This document shows positions 62,464 to 64,000 of a DNA stretch of 64,000 nucleotides, piece by piece. The notes beneath the pieces are model-generated. The model had not been told where the DNA came from, did not search any database, and saw only the letters and a list, made by a program, of their open reading frames with translations. The position numbers and the translations under genes are program-made. Origin of the DNA: Candidatus Multivorans sp. (GTDB lineage Bacteria > Acidobacteriota > Thermoanaerobaculia > Multivoradales > Multivoraceae); the NCBI GenBank assembly GCA_965247095.1, contig OZ251997.1, forward strand, positions 3,872,001 through 3,936,000. The letters are read 5' to 3'. The number at the start of each line of letters is the position of its first letter. Position 1 is the first letter of the stretch.

Positions 62464-63189
62464 TCAGCGCAGGACGATCGCGGCGATGCCGGCTTTCTCG
62501 AGCTTCTGCCGCACGAGGTCGGCAGCCTTCTGGCGCCGGCGGTCGATCTGGACCCGGTACCAGCCTCCTTCTTCGCGGATCCGGACCTTGTCCAGGCCGA
62601 GATCGCGGCGCAGGCGACGAGCCAGATCGACGGCGCCGCTGCGCTCCCTGAACGCGCCGGCCTGGATCGTGAAGCCGGAGCGCTCCACCCGACCGGTCCG
62701 GGACGCGGCCTTGGGCGCCGTCTTGCGCGTGGCCTTTGCGCGAGAGTTCTTCGGCGGGCGTCCGTTCGCCGAGTAGGAGATCGGCAGGTTGCGGCTTTCG
62801 GGCGCCGTCTGAACGACGCGGATTCGCACCCTGGCGAGCCCGGCGCCGAACAGGTCGAGTTTGCGCGCCGCGCCCAGGGAGAGATCGATGATCCGGCCCT
62901 TGACGAAGGGGCCGCGATCGTTGATCGGAACCCGCAGCTTCCGCCCGTTGTCCTTGTTCTCGACTTCCACGACGGTGCCGAAGGGCAGTTGTTTGTGCGC
63001 CGCGGAGATCCGGTTCATGTCGTAGATCTCGCCGCTGGCGGTGGCCCGACCATCGAACTGCGCGCCGTACCATGACGCGAGTCCTTCCTGCGTTGTCCCG
63101 CGGCGAGGGGTCTGGAGAGCGGAGGTCGAAGCGCAGCCGACCGAGAACAGGACGGCGAGCAGTGCGGCCAGCGACCGCGTCCGGCTCAC
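62464..63189 (-). CDS. rlpA: Septal ring lytic transglycosylase RlpA-family lipoprotein with SPOR domain
   Basis: SVGC lipobox, GLASWYG, INDRGPF..GRIIDLS, IQAGAF. Confidence 0.92.
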   Translation of the reverse strand: MSRTRSLAALLAVLFSVGCASTSALQTPRRGTTQEGLASWYGAQFDGRATASGEIYDMNRISAAHKQLPFGTVVEVENKDNGRKLRVPINDRGPFVKGRIIDLSLGAARKLDLFGAGLARVRIRVVQTAPESRNLPISYSANGRPPKNSRAKATRKTAPKAASRTGRVERSGFTIQAGAFRERSGAVDLARRLRRDLGLDKVRIREEGGWYRVQIDRRRQKAADLVRQKLEKAGIAAIVLR

Positions 63190-64000
63190 ACCCTCGGCGC
63201 CTCGAACGCCGCGGCACGGTGCCGCGCCAGCGCCGGTTCGACAGCCTCAGCCAGGAAGTCGTCGACCTGCTGAGCCGAGCGGCCGGTGAAGGAGTCCGCG
63301 TCGACCAGGGACTCGAGCTCGTTGCGTCCGAGCCCGAACGACGGATCGCCCGCAATCAGGTCGATCAGGGGATTCGGCTCCCCCGCGGAGACCCGCGCGT
63401 AGGCCTCGAGACTGTGCCGGCGGATGCGCTCGTGCAGTTCCTGCCGGTCGCCGCCGCGCAGGGCCGCCTCCATCAGGAAGGTCTCGGTGGCCATGAACGG
63501 AAGCTCGCGCCTCACCCGGGCCGCGGTGGCCGCTTCGTTCACCCGCAGTCCCTGGGCAATGTTCGCGGCCAGCAGCAGCACGGCATCGACGGTCAGGAAG
63601 CAGTCGGTCAGCACCAGGCGTCGGTTCGCCGAGTCGTCGAGACTGCGCTCGAGCCATTGGGTGCCGGCGTTCAGCGCCCCATGCAGGGAGTCGCTCATGA
63701 CGCGCCGCGACAGCGAGCACATGCGCTCGGCGCGCACCGGGTTGCGCTTGTAGGCCATCGCCGAGGAACCGACCTGGTTCTCGTCGAAGGGCTCGGACAG
63801 TTCACCGACGCCCTGCAGCAGCCGCAAATCGCTGCCGAACTTGTGGCAGCTCTCCGCCACCCCGGACAGTGCGTGCAGAACCTGGCTGTCCTGCTTGCGC
63901 GGGTAGGTCTGGCCCGTGATCGCCCAACTCGACTCGAAGCCCAGCGCCGAGGCCACACGGGCGTCGAGTTCGCGGACCTTGCCGTGGTCGCCTCCAAACA
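63186..64000 (-). CDS. purB: Adenylosuccinate lyase, 5' part outside window
   Basis: TGQTYPRK, GSSAMAYKRNP signature, QWLERSLDDSANRR. Confidence 0.94.
   Translation of the reverse strand, partial: FGGDHGKVRELDARVASALGFESSWAITGQTYPRKQDSQVLHALSGVAESCHKFGSDLRLLQGVGELSEPFDENQVGSSAMAYKRNPVRAERMCSLSRRVMSDSLHGALNAGTQWLERSLDDSANRRLVLTDCFLTVDAVLLLAANIAQGLRVNEAATAARVRRELPFMATETFLMEAALRGGDRQELHERIRRHSLEAYARVSAGEPNPLIDLIAGDPSFGLGRNELESLVDADSFTGRSAQQVDDFLAEAVEPALARHRAAAFEAPRV

Overview
A high-GC, Gram-negative (lpxC-bearing) bacterial chromosome segment; gene content and order are loosely consistent with Acidobacteriota (inference only). Most of it is housekeeping: selB, ntrX/ntrY-like two-component system, lpxC, smpB, uvrA, pcm, gcvT/H, larE/larB-like, queA, a peptide-type ABC transporter, rplU-rpmA-obgE-nadD-rsfS-thiS, three tRNAs, tig-clpP-clpX-lon-engB-rho, rsmA, ftsK-fmt-rsmB, HU, moaC, serA, rlpA and partial purB. 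The left 3.1 kb is accessory: an IS3-family element, a probable OLD-family nuclease 3' remnant, a stand-alone WYL protein and an MNT/HEPN pair whose HEPN has a nonsense mutation. A second DDE insertion sequence (50963-52538, imperfect TIRs, 5-bp GCATA target duplication) lies upstream of ftsK. Three signals stand out. (1) A candidate signalling module in which a GAF-sigma54 activator, palindromic UAS-like sites and a -24/-12 promoter precede a small membrane ORF and RsbW/RsbV/RsbU-like genes; activator and phosphatase carry related GAF domains. (2) Recurrent short tandem duplications that copy gene starts or ends (M16 peptidase, tRNA-Leu, clpP, a glycosyltransferase), two of which make in-frame decoy uORFs exactly 57 bp upstream of the real start. 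(3) A ~79-bp dispersed element present twice, each time starting at a CTAG that contains the upstream gene's stop codon. No CRISPR array or rRNA was seen. All calls were made by eye, with no database searches.
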